IMG/VR virus record: IMGVR_UViG_3300044513_000576
Location: 1 to 27,631 of that record
Source of the DNA: a virus
Lineage: Duplodnaviria > Caudoviricetes
Strand: one strand, 5' to 3'
DNA length: 27,631 nt
Shown here: one piece after another, positions 1 to 8,730 of the stretch
Layout: every line of letters starts with the position of its first letter
How positions within the stretch are numbered: the stretch's first letter is position 1
Position numbers and translations under genes: made by a program
The notes under the pieces: model-generated
What the model saw: the letters and a program-made list of their open reading frames with translations, nothing else
What the model was told of the DNA's origin: nothing
Database searches by the model: none

Positions 1-225
1 TATGACGCAGGTCTGTTCTATTGCCCATATGTTCCTCTCCAAATGTATCGCGCAATTGGTCAGGACACCTTCCAGCCTCGCATTGGCTTCAAGACCCGCT
101 ACGGCATGGTCCTGAACCCATTTGCTAAGGGTCTGACCCCACTGGCTAATAGCGATCCTCAGCATAGCAGCAACATCTCTGCTAACGCTTACTATCGCCG
201 TGTTCGCGTTAAGAACCTGATGTGA
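1..225 (+). CDS. g23: Major capsid protein gp23, C-terminal part (5' truncated by window)
   Basis: Frame 1 reads YDAGLFYCPYVPLQMYRAIGQDTFQPRIGFKTRYGMVLNPF...NAYYRRVRVKNLM*, the typical T4-like gp23 C-terminus. Confidence 0.96.
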   Translation, partial: YDAGLFYCPYVPLQMYRAIGQDTFQPRIGFKTRYGMVLNPFAKGLTPLANSDPQHSSNISANAYYRRVRVKNLM

Positions 226-245
226 TCTAATTCACATACTCTTCG

Positions 246-272
246 AGAGGGACTTCGGTCCCTCTTTTTTTA
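246..272 (+). terminator. Rho-independent terminator after g23
   Basis: Stem AGAGGGAC (246-253), TTCG loop, GTCCCTCT (258-265), then a T run; C(UUCG)G tetraloop typical of T4-like phages. Confidence 0.93.
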
Positions 273-278
273 TGCCCC

Positions 279-284
279 TAAATA
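279..284 (+). promoter_or_regulatory. T4-type late (gp55-dependent) promoter
   Basis: CTAAATA between the terminator and the g3 start at 308. Confidence 0.7.
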
Positions 285-307
285 CATTGATGGAGTCCCA
301 TTAGACA

Positions 308-865
308 ATGGCATACGACGGAAACATTTTTACCCCAAGCAATCAAAACTTCCTATCCCCAGTTGGATTCAAGTTTGTGATTGGAAGAACACCCAACGTG
401 GATTTCTTCTGTCAAAGGGCATCTATTCCTGAGGTAGAAATTGGTGTAAGGAATATTGAAACTCCAATCAAAGACTATCAGGTCCCAGGTGACAAGATCA
501 CATATTCGGATTTGAGACTTACCTTCCTCGTAAATGAAAACCTTGACAACTACTATGAAATCTATAAGTGGTTGAAAGGTTTATCCAACCCTAAAGAGTT
601 TGAAGATTTTTACGAATACATTAACAGTGTAGATGAGAAAGGGAGAATGACAAAATTCTCCAAACAAATGAGCGATGCACGCTTACTAATTCTCAACAGC
701 AATTACAACGTCATCTCTTCTGTTAATTTCTACAATATCTTCCCCACAAGTCTAACTACACTTGACTTTGATTCTTCCGCAACAGATATCAATTACTTTA
801 CGGCAGAAGTCAACTTCAAGTATACTCTATACGAAATCACTGATGAAAGCGGCATTATTATATGA
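308..865 (+). CDS. g3: Tail completion/tail tube terminator gp3
   Basis: NFLSPVGFKF...PNVDFFCQ..IP...PGDK...L.FLVNENLDNY.EI..W motifs; g23-g3-uvsY-uvsW synteny of cyanomyoviruses. Confidence 0.88.
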   Translation: MAYDGNIFTPSNQNFLSPVGFKFVIGRTPNVDFFCQRASIPEVEIGVRNIETPIKDYQVPGDKITYSDLRLTFLVNENLDNYYEIYKWLKGLSNPKEFEDFYEYINSVDEKGRMTKFSKQMSDARLLILNSNYNVISSVNFYNIFPTSLTTLDFDSSATDINYFTAEVNFKYTLYEITDESGIII

Positions 866-1275
866 ACCTTGAATTACTTGATGATATGTGGGAAAAAGAT
901 TCCCGCTTAGATGATGAGAAACTAGATCATGATTCGTTAGCGATTCCTAAATTACACGCTAAATATTTAAGACTTTACAATTCGTTCTCGACCCTTAGGG
1001 ATCAACAAGAACTAACAGTGAAACAAGTCTACCGTGATCGGTGGGAATACTATACAGGGAAGTCGGAGAAGCCATTCCACTTTAAACTTCTCAAGCAAGA
1101 TGTACCAATCTATCTTGACTCTGACGAAGAATATCAAAAGGCAGTCCTCAAGTTAAAGTATTACAACCAGATGGTCGATGCTCTAAAGACCATCCTCACG
1201 GCAATTAACAATCGTTCTTTTCATATTAAGAATGCGATTGAGTTTGCCAAGTTTTTGAAAGGATATGAAATCTAG
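862..1275 (+). CDS. uvsY: Recombination mediator UvsY
   Basis: IPKLHAKYL...YYTGK...R.F.IKNAIE motifs; 137 aa; located upstream of uvsW. Confidence 0.9.
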   Translation: MNLELLDDMWEKDSRLDDEKLDHDSLAIPKLHAKYLRLYNSFSTLRDQQELTVKQVYRDRWEYYTGKSEKPFHFKLLKQDVPIYLDSDEEYQKAVLKLKYYNQMVDALKTILTAINNRSFHIKNAIEFAKFLKGYEI

Positions 1276-2737
1276 TGTAATCATTGAAAAGAAGAACGAA
1301 GTTTACTTGAGGATTAACGCTGAACCACATGTCTACTATGAACTAGCAGATGAGTTTACGTTTGAGGTTCCTCAAGCAAAGTTCATGTCAGCGTACAAGA
1401 AGAGGTTCTGGGATGGCAAAATTAAACTATTCTCCCCAGGTACAGGCGAGATTTATGTTGGTCTTCTCCCTTACGTTACTTCATTTTGCAAGGAGAGGGG
1501 GTACGAATACGTATATCGGGACAACAAATTTTACGGACTTCCATCAGAGGTGGATGAGTTCGTTACACCCGAAGGAGTAGGCGACTTCATGAAGTCTTTG
1601 AACCTTCCGTTCAAAGCAAGAGATTATCAGTACAAAGGGATTTACGAAGCACTAAAGAACAGAAGAAAACTTCTCCTGTCTCCGACTGGATCGGGTAAGT
1701 CTTTGATGATCTATGCACTGACACGTTTTTTCGAAGCAAAGAATCTGAAGACACTGATCGTTGTTCCCACCACATCTCTGGTGGAACAGATGCATCGTGA
1801 CTTCGAAGATTATGGTTGGAATGCAAAGCACCACTGCCACAAGGTATATGGTGGACAGTCACCAATGTCCAAGAAGGATGTTGTAATTACAACTTGGCAA
1901 AGTATCTACAAATTACCAAAGAGTTACTTTGATGATTTCGGTGCGGTGATTGGAGACGAAGCACACCTCTTCAAAGCAAAGTCTCTGACCAGCATCATGA
2001 ACAAACTTCATGACTGCAAATATCGCGTTGGATTCACAGGAACTCTGGACGGCACACAAACAAATCGCCTTGTTCTTGAAGGTGTATTTGGAACAGTTGA
2101 TCGTGTTACTAAGACGGAGAAGTTAATCCGTGAAGGGCACTTGTCTGAGTTTGAGATTAAAGTCCTCATCCTTAAGCACAATCCTATTGAGTTTGAATCC
2201 TACCATGACGAGATTGATTACTTAGTCAATTGTGAGCAACGTAATAAATTTATTCGCAATCTTGTATGCGACTTAGATGGCAATACTCTTGTATTGTTCA
2301 ACTATGTTGACGCACATGGTATCCCACTTTTCGAACTCATAAATAACAAGGTAGGAGAAGAACGTCCTGTTTTTCTTGTACACGGGGGAGTTGACGTAGA
2401 AGACCGCGAGAACATTAGACAAATCGCAGAGACTACATCTAACGCTATTATCGTCGCATCATACGGAACATTTAGTACAGGGATCAATATTAAAAACTTA
2501 CATAATGTTTTGTTTGCCTCCCCATCCAAATCTAGAATCAGAAATTTACAATCGATCGGGCGCGTTCTCAGAAGGGGTGAGAATAAAAGAAAAGCAGTTC
2601 TCTATGATATTGCTGATAATATGTCCAAAGGTTCTAGAAAAAACTATACCCTAAATCATTTAGTTGAAAGAGTAAAAATTTATAATGAAGAAAACTTTGA
2701 TTATGAATTTATTGATGTCCGCATTGGAAACAAGTAA
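1265..2737 (+). CDS. uvsW: SF2 DNA/RNA helicase UvsW
   Basis: Walker A SPTGSGKS, DEAH, FTGTL, STGINI and QSIGRVLR motifs. Confidence 0.95.
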   Translation: MKSSVIIEKKNEVYLRINAEPHVYYELADEFTFEVPQAKFMSAYKKRFWDGKIKLFSPGTGEIYVGLLPYVTSFCKERGYEYVYRDNKFYGLPSEVDEFVTPEGVGDFMKSLNLPFKARDYQYKGIYEALKNRRKLLLSPTGSGKSLMIYALTRFFEAKNLKTLIVVPTTSLVEQMHRDFEDYGWNAKHHCHKVYGGQSPMSKKDVVITTWQSIYKLPKSYFDDFGAVIGDEAHLFKAKSLTSIMNKLHDCKYRVGFTGTLDGTQTNRLVLEGVFGTVDRVTKTEKLIREGHLSEFEIKVLILKHNPIEFESYHDEIDYLVNCEQRNKFIRNLVCDLDGNTLVLFNYVDAHGIPLFELINNKVGEERPVFLVHGGVDVEDRENIRQIAETTSNAIIVASYGTFSTGINIKNLHNVLFASPSKSRIRNLQSIGRVLRRGENKRKAVLYDIADNMSKGSRKNYTLNHLVERVKIYNEENFDYEFIDVRIGNK

Positions 2738-2738
2738 G

Positions 2739-3128
2739 ATGCCAGATGAAGAATTTCTAGGTGCTATTAAACTTGTCACAGGTGAAGAACTTCTAGCAAC
2801 AGTATGTCCTGTTTACGATGAAGATGGAGAATACATCATTGTAGAGAATCCTATCGAAGTAGAAGAGGTAACACTGGGTAAGAAACAAGGTGCCAAGATT
2901 GGTCCTTGGATGAAGTTCTCAAACGAAAGCACCTTTATCATTCCAAAAGAAAAGATCATTACCGTTGTAGAGGTTGGTCCTGAAGTACAAATCTTTTACA
3001 CCCTTGCTCTAAGGAAGCTCAATAGAGATTCTGAAGAATTGAACTATACGGGATCTGATGAGTTTGGAAGAATAGGAACTGTAGATGAGTGTAGAGATCT
3101 ACTCGAAAAGTTATTCAAAGCTAATTAA
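2739..3128 (+). CDS. Conserved cyanophage protein, possible Sm-like (SH3-type barrel) fold
   Basis: ATG 2739 just after the uvsW stop is preferred over 2685; IKLVTGEELLA...IIVENP...PW...FIIPKEKIITV pattern. Confidence 0.65.
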   Translation: MPDEEFLGAIKLVTGEELLATVCPVYDEDGEYIIVENPIEVEEVTLGKKQGAKIGPWMKFSNESTFIIPKEKIITVVEVGPEVQIFYTLALRKLNRDSEELNYTGSDEFGRIGTVDECRDLLEKLFKAN

Positions 3129-3160
3129 AGCTTATTAGTCTTTGAACCCTCCACAGGGTT

Positions 3161-3189
3161 ATTGTACAAGGAATTGAGAGGTCTGTCAA
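3161..3189 (-). promoter_or_regulatory. Antisense sigma70-type promoter
   Basis: Minus strand TTGACA (3189-3184), 17 nt, TACAAT (3166-3161). Confidence 0.6.
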
Positions 3190-3194
3190 GCCCC

Positions 3195-3223
3195 TTGACT
3201 TATGCAGTCCGATTTGCTACACT
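3195..3223 (+). promoter_or_regulatory. sigma70-type promoter for g55
   Basis: TTGACT (3195-3200), 17 nt, TACACT (3218-3223), with an extended -10 TG. Confidence 0.72.
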
Positions 3224-3251
3224 AATGTCAAGGAATCAAGAGAATGTATGA

Positions 3252-3764
3252 ATGACAAAGAGAACCGCAAAATCAGAACACTACGTCAATAACAAAGACT
3301 TTTTAGACGCATTGATCGTCTATCGGTCCAGGGTGGAAGCAGACTTCTTAAAGAAGAATGGTAGAAAGCCTACTAAAGAAGATCGCTCAAAGCATTGGGA
3401 AGGCAAACCCCAGATCACGAATTACCTTGGCGAGTGTTTTCTAAAGATTGCTACTCACCTCTCATACAAACCAAACTTCGTGAACTACATGTTCCGAGAA
3501 GATATGATTTGTGATGGTATTGAAAACTGTGTTCAGTACATCCATAATTTTGAACCAGAGAAATCCAATAATCCTTTTGCGTACTTCACGCAGATTATTT
3601 ACTACGCCTTCCTCAGGAGAATCCAGAAAGAAAAACGTCAACTTGAAGTAAAGAATAAGATCTTACTTAAGTCTGGATATGAACAGGTGTTCCACTCCGA
3701 TGACAATGATTCCTCTTCTGATTACAATACCATCAAAGAGAACGTGGAGATTAGAATTAAATGA
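3252..3764 (+). CDS. g55: Late-transcription sigma factor gp55
   Basis: HYVNNKDF...YLGECFLKIA..LS.KPNF.NY.FREDMI.DGIENC..Y..NF.PEKS.NPFAYFTQI.Y.AF.RRI.KEK. Confidence 0.96.
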   Translation: MTKRTAKSEHYVNNKDFLDALIVYRSRVEADFLKKNGRKPTKEDRSKHWEGKPQITNYLGECFLKIATHLSYKPNFVNYMFREDMICDGIENCVQYIHNFEPEKSNNPFAYFTQIIYYAFLRRIQKEKRQLEVKNKILLKSGYEQVFHSDDNDSSSDYNTIKENVEIRIK

Positions 3765-3973
3765 GTGAGTATGAATGGATTGATGATTGCTTCCGTGTTT
3801 ATGAAACGCAATTTAAGATATGGCACAGTGCAGACAAAGATGGTAAAGAGTTAGTCACTGCATTGTCTAAGGAAACTTGCATTCGTATGACTCAGTTTTA
3901 TTTGAAAGGTCTTCAAGAAGGTTGGGGTGAGAGTAGAGTATTGAATGATGGTGTTGTTGGTGGCAAACTGTAA
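3761..3973 (+). CDS. Hypothetical small cyanophage protein
   Basis: Translationally coupled at both ends; EWIDDCFRV...YLKGLQEGW...VGGKL. Confidence 0.75.
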   Translation: MSEYEWIDDCFRVYETQFKIWHSADKDGKELVTALSKETCIRMTQFYLKGLQEGWGESRVLNDGVVGGKL

Positions 3974-4620
3974 TGTATCCGATTACTGTTGTTGATGGAT
4001 TCTTTGAGGACCCCGATAAGGTAGTTGACTTTGCTATGGAGCAAGAGTTCTTCCCTTCTGACGATGGACGTTGGCCAGGTAAAAGAACTAGACAACTTTG
4101 GGAACTAGATAGAACTCTGTATGACTGGACATGTATAAAGATCATGTCTTTATTTCATCCAGAGATTCCACCTCACTGGGAATTTGAGATTGCATTTCAA
4201 TTGATTTCTCCATATTCCAATCATCAATATGATCCAAAAAATCGCGGTTGGATTCATGTGGACAAGGGAATGACTGCCTTTGGTGGCATCATCTACTTGA
4301 ACAAACATCCAGAGAAAGATACTGGAACATCAATTTACAAACAAAAGAAAGGGTGGTCTAGTCAAATCTATTCTGCCCTTTCAGTAAAGGAAAAATTCTA
4401 TACTGGTCAGGAAGTATCCGACGAGGAATATGAACAGGCATGGCATTTGATCCAGTCTCAGTATGAGGAGACAATGGAAGTCAAAAACGTGTATAATAGA
4501 ATGATGTTGTTTAATTGCAACACCTTTCACGGTGCAAAAACATTTGGTAAGAAACAAGATCGTCTGACAATATCTTTCTTCTGTAGAGATCTTGCAGCAC
4601 AACCTCCCCTCTTTAGATAA
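3973..4620 (+). CDS. 2OG-Fe(II) oxygenase superfamily protein (DUF6445-like)
   Basis: VVDGFF.DPD.V...WPGKRT; HxD (WIHVD); G..YL; GTS.Y; NVYNR...F...H; RLT..FF. Confidence 0.8.
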   Translation: MYPITVVDGFFEDPDKVVDFAMEQEFFPSDDGRWPGKRTRQLWELDRTLYDWTCIKIMSLFHPEIPPHWEFEIAFQLISPYSNHQYDPKNRGWIHVDKGMTAFGGIIYLNKHPEKDTGTSIYKQKKGWSSQIYSALSVKEKFYTGQEVSDEEYEQAWHLIQSQYEETMEVKNVYNRMMLFNCNTFHGAKTFGKKQDRLTISFFCRDLAAQPPLFR

Positions 4621-4622
4621 TT

Positions 4623-5669
4623 ATGAAAGTAGCGATCATCACTGACCAGCACTTTGGTGCAAGGAAGTCTAGTAGAATTTTCCATGACTTCTTTCTGAAG
4701 TTCTACAATGAGGTATTCTTTCCTACGCTAGAGGAACGCGGGATCAAGGTTGTTATTGATCTTGGTGATACCTTTGACAACCGTAGGAATGTTGATCTGT
4801 GGTCTATTCAATGGGCACGAGAGAACTACTACGATCGCCTGAATGCGATGGGCGTAAATGTTTATTCTGTTGTTGGTAACCACACTGCATACTTTAAAGA
4901 TACCAACAAAATCAATACCCTAGACAACGTACTAGGGCAGTATGATAATATTAAGATATACTCAAGACCTACTGAAGTTAACATTGGTGGTCTTGGTATT
5001 TTATTTGTTCCCTGGATTAACCAAGAAAATGCTGAAGAGACTTTCGAACTTATTGAAAAAACAAATTGCGAGTGTGCGATGGGGCACCTTGAGCTCAACG
5101 GATTTGAAGCTCATCGAGGGCACATCATGGAAAACGGTATGGGCAGCGAGTTATTTCAGAAGTTCAAATCGGTCATGTCTGGTCACTACCATCACCGATC
5201 TTCCAGAGGAAACGTCCACTACCTCGGGAACCCCTACCAAATCTACTGGAACGACTACAAAGATCCCCGTGGATTCCACATCTTCGACACTGACACCCTA
5301 GAGCGAGAGCACATCTTAAATCCATTTGAGATTTACGATAAGATCTATTACAACGAAACGAAGGTAAATAGTTCTAAGTTTGCATACGCAGATTACGCTA
5401 AGAAGTTTATTAAGATTGTCGTAGAGAAGAAGACAGACTCACATAAGTTTGACTTCTTCATTGCACAACTCTATGCTGCTGGCGTACACGAAGTCAAAGT
5501 AATCGAAGATCCTTCTTTTGAAGCAGATCTACAAGAAGAGATTGACATCGAGACTGAAGATACCTTAACTATCTTAGAGCGTTATGTTGACGATCTCGGA
5601 CACCATGATAAAAATGGTGTGAAGGACATTCTTAAATCTCTCTATGTAGAAGCACTGGAGTTAGTCTGA
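4623..5669 (+). CDS. g47: Recombination nuclease subunit gp47 (Mre11/SbcD-like)
   Basis: Phosphoesterase motifs TDQHFG, LGDTFD, GNH, GHLE, SGHYH. Confidence 0.96.
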   Translation: MKVAIITDQHFGARKSSRIFHDFFLKFYNEVFFPTLEERGIKVVIDLGDTFDNRRNVDLWSIQWARENYYDRLNAMGVNVYSVVGNHTAYFKDTNKINTLDNVLGQYDNIKIYSRPTEVNIGGLGILFVPWINQENAEETFELIEKTNCECAMGHLELNGFEAHRGHIMENGMGSELFQKFKSVMSGHYHHRSSRGNVHYLGNPYQIYWNDYKDPRGFHIFDTDTLEREHILNPFEIYDKIYYNETKVNSSKFAYADYAKKFIKIVVEKKTDSHKFDFFIAQLYAAGVHEVKVIEDPSFEADLQEEIDIETEDTLTILERYVDDLGHHDKNGVKDILKSLYVEALELV

Positions 5670-5929
5670 TGTTTATCTTAGCGTTGCTTGGTAAGGAAGA
5701 AGAAGGCGCATACGCCATTACTGACGAAAACGGTGAGAAGGTCATTTACCTCTTCCTTGACAAAGACGACGCAGTGCGCTATGCTGGTCTTCTGGAAGCA
5801 GATGACTTTCCAGAAATGTCAGTAGTGGAAGTGGAAGATCGTAATGTTATGCGAGCTTGCGAGCAGCACGGTCATCCCTACTATATTGTTACTCCTGATG
5901 ATATAGTAATACCACCCAGAGAAGATTAA
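5669..5929 (+). CDS. DUF3110-like protein (cyanobacterial family)
   Basis: EG.Y...F..DDA.RYAGLLEA.DFP..SV......C...G......IPP resembles cyanobacterial DUF3110. Confidence 0.65.
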   Translation: MFILALLGKEEEGAYAITDENGEKVIYLFLDKDDAVRYAGLLEADDFPEMSVVEVEDRNVMRACEQHGHPYYIVTPDDIVIPPRED

Positions 5930-5942
5930 TTTTTGTCTTATT

Positions 5943-7664
5943 ATGATTCACTTCAAGTCTATCCGTTGGAAGAATTTCCTTTCGACTGGAAACGCTTTTA
6001 CGGAGATGTGCCTTGACTGCAATCACTCCACTCTGATCGTTGGTACAAACGGAGCAGGTAAGTCTACTGTGTTGGATGCTATCTGCTTTGCCTTGTTCAA
6101 CAAACCTTTTCGTAAGATCAATAAACCACAACTGGTCAATGCAATCAACGAAAAGGATTGTTTGGTTGAGGTTGAGTTCAACGTAGGTTCTCGTGAATAT
6201 CTTGTTCGTCGTGGAATCAAACCAAATGTCTTTGAGATTTATCTCAATGGACAAATGCTCAACCAAGAGGCGTCTGCTGTAGATCAGCAGAAGTCACTGG
6301 AACAAAACATTCTGAAGTTAAATTACAAGTCATTTACTCAGGTGGTAATCCTCGGATCATCCACGTTTGTTCCATTCATGCAACTTGCACCTGCACATCG
6401 TAGAGAAGTTATTGAAGACTTGCTTGATATCAAGATCTTCTCTACGATGAATGTAATCCTTAAGGATCGCATCAAAGTTATCAAGGAACAGATTCGTGAT
6501 CTTGATTACAAGATGGAGATTGCTAAGGAGAAGGTGCAACTGCAGCAAAGATTCATCGAGGATCTTAAGGAGCAATCCAAAGAGAGTAACGTTCAACGTG
6601 CTAATAGCATCACTGAACTTAGGGATGAGATCACATCTCTCCTTGTCTTCAATGAAGATCAGAGCGTATTGTGTTCTGGGTTACAGACTAAACTCGATGA
6701 GTGTGATACTGTAGATGATGAGTATAGTAAACTCAAAATCTACGAATCTAAGTTCCAAGACAAATATAAAAAATTGAGGTGCGATCATAAGTTCTTTAAG
6801 GAGAACGATATGTGCCCTACTTGCAAGCAAAGTATCACTGAGGAATTTAGAGAACAAAAGACCGCTAGTCTTTACGTATCCATGACAGAACTCGACACTG
6901 CAAGTGAAGAGTTAAATCAAAAACTTAGTAGCATTGCTGCTAAGTTACAAGAAAAGAAAGATCTCCTCAAACAACTTCAAGAGATCAACAGTCAGATTAC
7001 TTCTAACAACAAAGAAATTAGTTGGAAGGAGAGTATGATTTTGAATCTTGAAAAGGAGATTGAAAAACAAAAAGGTGGCGGGGCAAACCTGAAAAGGGAA
7101 TTGGCAAAGATCAAAGATCTTGCCAAAGAAGGTATGGAGATTGAAAATCATCTCTCTACCTCTAAGCATAACCGAGACAACCACGAGGTTGTTACTGGTA
7201 TGCTCAAAGATACTGGAATCAAGGCAGGTATCATCAGAAAGTATTTGCCAGTGATGAACCAGTTGATCAATCGATATCTCAAAGAACTGGACTTCTACGT
7301 TTCTTTTGAACTCAATGAGAATTTTGAAGAGACGATTAAGTCCAGGTTCCGAGATGAGTTCTCCTATGCTTCGTTCTCTGAAGGTGAGAAAATGCGTATT
7401 GATCTTGCTCTTCTGTTCACTTGGCGAACTATTGCTAAGATGAAGAACAGTGCTAATACTAACCTTCTTATGCTTGACGAGATTTTTGATAGTAGTCTTG
7501 ACACCTCGGGCACAGACGACTTCATGAAAATCTTGAAAACATTCTCAGAGAATACAAACGTCTTTGTTATCTCCCATAAACCAGACGTTCTTCAAGATAA
7601 GTTTGAAAGAATCTTGAAGGTAGAGAAGAAACAAAACTTCTCTACAATCATAGAGGATCAATAA
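5943..7664 (+). CDS. g46: Recombination ATPase subunit gp46 (Rad50/SbcC-like)
   Basis: Walker A GTNGAGKS, coiled coil with CPTC zinc hook, signature FSEGE, Walker B LMLDE, ISH. Confidence 0.96.
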   Translation: MIHFKSIRWKNFLSTGNAFTEMCLDCNHSTLIVGTNGAGKSTVLDAICFALFNKPFRKINKPQLVNAINEKDCLVEVEFNVGSREYLVRRGIKPNVFEIYLNGQMLNQEASAVDQQKSLEQNILKLNYKSFTQVVILGSSTFVPFMQLAPAHRREVIEDLLDIKIFSTMNVILKDRIKVIKEQIRDLDYKMEIAKEKVQLQQRFIEDLKEQSKESNVQRANSITELRDEITSLLVFNEDQSVLCSGLQTKLDECDTVDDEYSKLKIYESKFQDKYKKLRCDHKFFKENDMCPTCKQSITEEFREQKTASLYVSMTELDTASEELNQKLSSIAAKLQEKKDLLKQLQEINSQITSNNKEISWKESMILNLEKEIEKQKGGGANLKRELAKIKDLAKEGMEIENHLSTSKHNRDNHEVVTGMLKDTGIKAGIIRKYLPVMNQLINRYLKELDFYVSFELNENFEETIKSRFRDEFSYASFSEGEKMRIDLALLFTWRTIAKMKNSANTNLLMLDEIFDSSLDTSGTDDFMKILKTFSENTNVFVISHKPDVLQDKFERILKVEKKQNFSTIIEDQ

Positions 7665-7667
7665 ATA
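7660..7667 (+). promoter_or_regulatory. T4-type late promoter
   Basis: AATAAATA overlapping the g46 stop, 18 nt upstream of the ORF at 7686. Confidence 0.65.
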
Positions 7668-7685
7668 CTCTATATAGTTTTTGTT

Positions 7686-7877
7686 ATGTACAAACCATAC
7701 TCACCTGAATGGCACAGGTACAGATACCTGAAAGAAGCCATTGATACTTATCTAGATGATGGTGTAGATCCTACGTCTATCGTGGATGATATTAAAACCA
7801 TCCTCCACAATCGTTCTGAATTAGCGTATTTGGAATTCACCAGGATCAATCAACTGGAACATTACCTATCGGAATAG
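7686..7877 (+). CDS. Hypothetical protein
   Basis: 63 aa ORF downstream of a late promoter; YKPYSPEWHR.RYLKEAI..Y. Confidence 0.7.
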   Translation: MYKPYSPEWHRYRYLKEAIDTYLDDGVDPTSIVDDIKTILHNRSELAYLEFTRINQLEHYLSE

Positions 7878-7881
7878 TAAT

Positions 7882-8199
7882 ATGCTATCTACTGCATATC
7901 GTTTGCGCCTTGAGGAGATCTGTCGTAAGATTATCCTCGGTGAGCAAGTAAGTCTTGAGGATATTATCTGGGCAGAGAAATTAGCAAAGTCTCATACCAC
8001 TGCTCGTGAATGGTTGAATAAGGCAAGACGTAAAGCTGCTAACCCTGAAATGGTTGAGGGTAGTATGGACGATTTCATGAACAAGATGGGACTGGGAGAT
8101 CCTGATCCATCAAACTATAGAAGTGGATTCAAGAGTGCAGATGAAATCGTAGATTGGTTCAAACAAGATAAATCTGATGATTGGAGACAACGTGACTGA
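7882..8199 (+). CDS. Conserved cyanophage/cyanobacterial hypothetical protein
   Basis: MLST.YRLRLE.IC..I..G..V.LED.IWAEKLAK...LGDPDP...F...DWRQRD; tight operon packing. Confidence 0.75.
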   Translation: MLSTAYRLRLEEICRKIILGEQVSLEDIIWAEKLAKSHTTAREWLNKARRKAANPEMVEGSMDDFMNKMGLGDPDPSNYRSGFKSADEIVDWFKQDKSDDWRQRD

Positions 8200-8443
8200 T
8201 AAATTAACAGCAGTAATTTACTCAAACGGTAGTCAAGAATGTGAGCGCATGGGAATGCTGCTTAAATCATTAGGGGGTGAATACCTTGAGTATCTCTTGG
8301 GTGTTGACTTTAGTGATAAACAATTTCGTATGGAGTTTGGATCTGAAGCAACCTATCCCCAAGTTGCTTTGAATAGTAAACATGTCGGGAATATGAAAGA
8401 AACCCTGACATACATGAATGAAAAAGGAATGTTTTATGACTAA
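8192..8443 (+). CDS. Glutaredoxin-like protein with non-canonical active site (SQEC)
   Basis: Grx fold cues: AVIYS..SQEC, cis-Pro TYPQV, HVG..KE; probable GTG start overlapping the upstream stop. Confidence 0.7.
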   Translation: MTDKLTAVIYSNGSQECERMGMLLKSLGGEYLEYLLGVDFSDKQFRMEFGSEATYPQVALNSKHVGNMKETLTYMNEKGMFYD

Positions 8444-8645
8444 GCGAACCACTGTTGTACAATCTGGAGACACCTGGGAATGGGAAGAGACTCCTGAGAC
8501 CATTGAGGCACTCAAGCGACTCCATGCTACAGTGCAACTGCACAACGACATGCGTAAGGACAATGAACGTACCAAACTGGCAACACCACTCAAAGAAAGA
8601 CCAAAAGCGCCGCCTAAAACCTCAGGCACTCAGGGCGAGGCGTGA
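8436..8645 (+). CDS. Hypothetical protein
   Basis: ATG 8436 preceded by AAGGA and overlapping the glutaredoxin stop; WEWEETPE motif. Confidence 0.55.
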   Translation: MTKRTTVVQSGDTWEWEETPETIEALKRLHATVQLHNDMRKDNERTKLATPLKERPKAPPKTSGTQGEA

Positions 8646-8721
8646 AGCCCTGCGCCACTTTAAAAAGTGTCACACCAAGACCTCCGACAAGCGTCGGGGG
8701 TCTTATTGTATATGCATCTGA
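8563..8721 (+). CDS. Small, highly basic hypothetical protein
   Basis: AAGGA SD before ATG 8563; MNVPNWQHHSKKDQKRRLKPQALRARREALRHFKK resembles small basic ORFs I recall from cyanomyoviruses. Confidence 0.55.
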   Translation: MNVPNWQHHSKKDQKRRLKPQALRARREALRHFKKCHTKTSDKRRGSYCICI

Positions 8722-8727
8722 GGAACC
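8652..8727 (+). promoter_or_regulatory. Palindrome + hairpin + -10 promoter element, copy 1 (upstream of the VWA gene)
   Basis: CCACTT-N4-AAGTGTCACAC; hairpin AAGACCTCCGAC/GTCGGGGGTCTT; TATTGTATATGCAT; GAGGAACC SD. Confidence 0.7.
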
Positions 8728-8730
8728 ACC

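Noticed and set aside
2339-2345. ATAAATA inside uvsW (other internal TAAATA hits at about 960, 5365 and 15508)
   Set aside because: A short AT-rich motif expected by chance, with no supporting context
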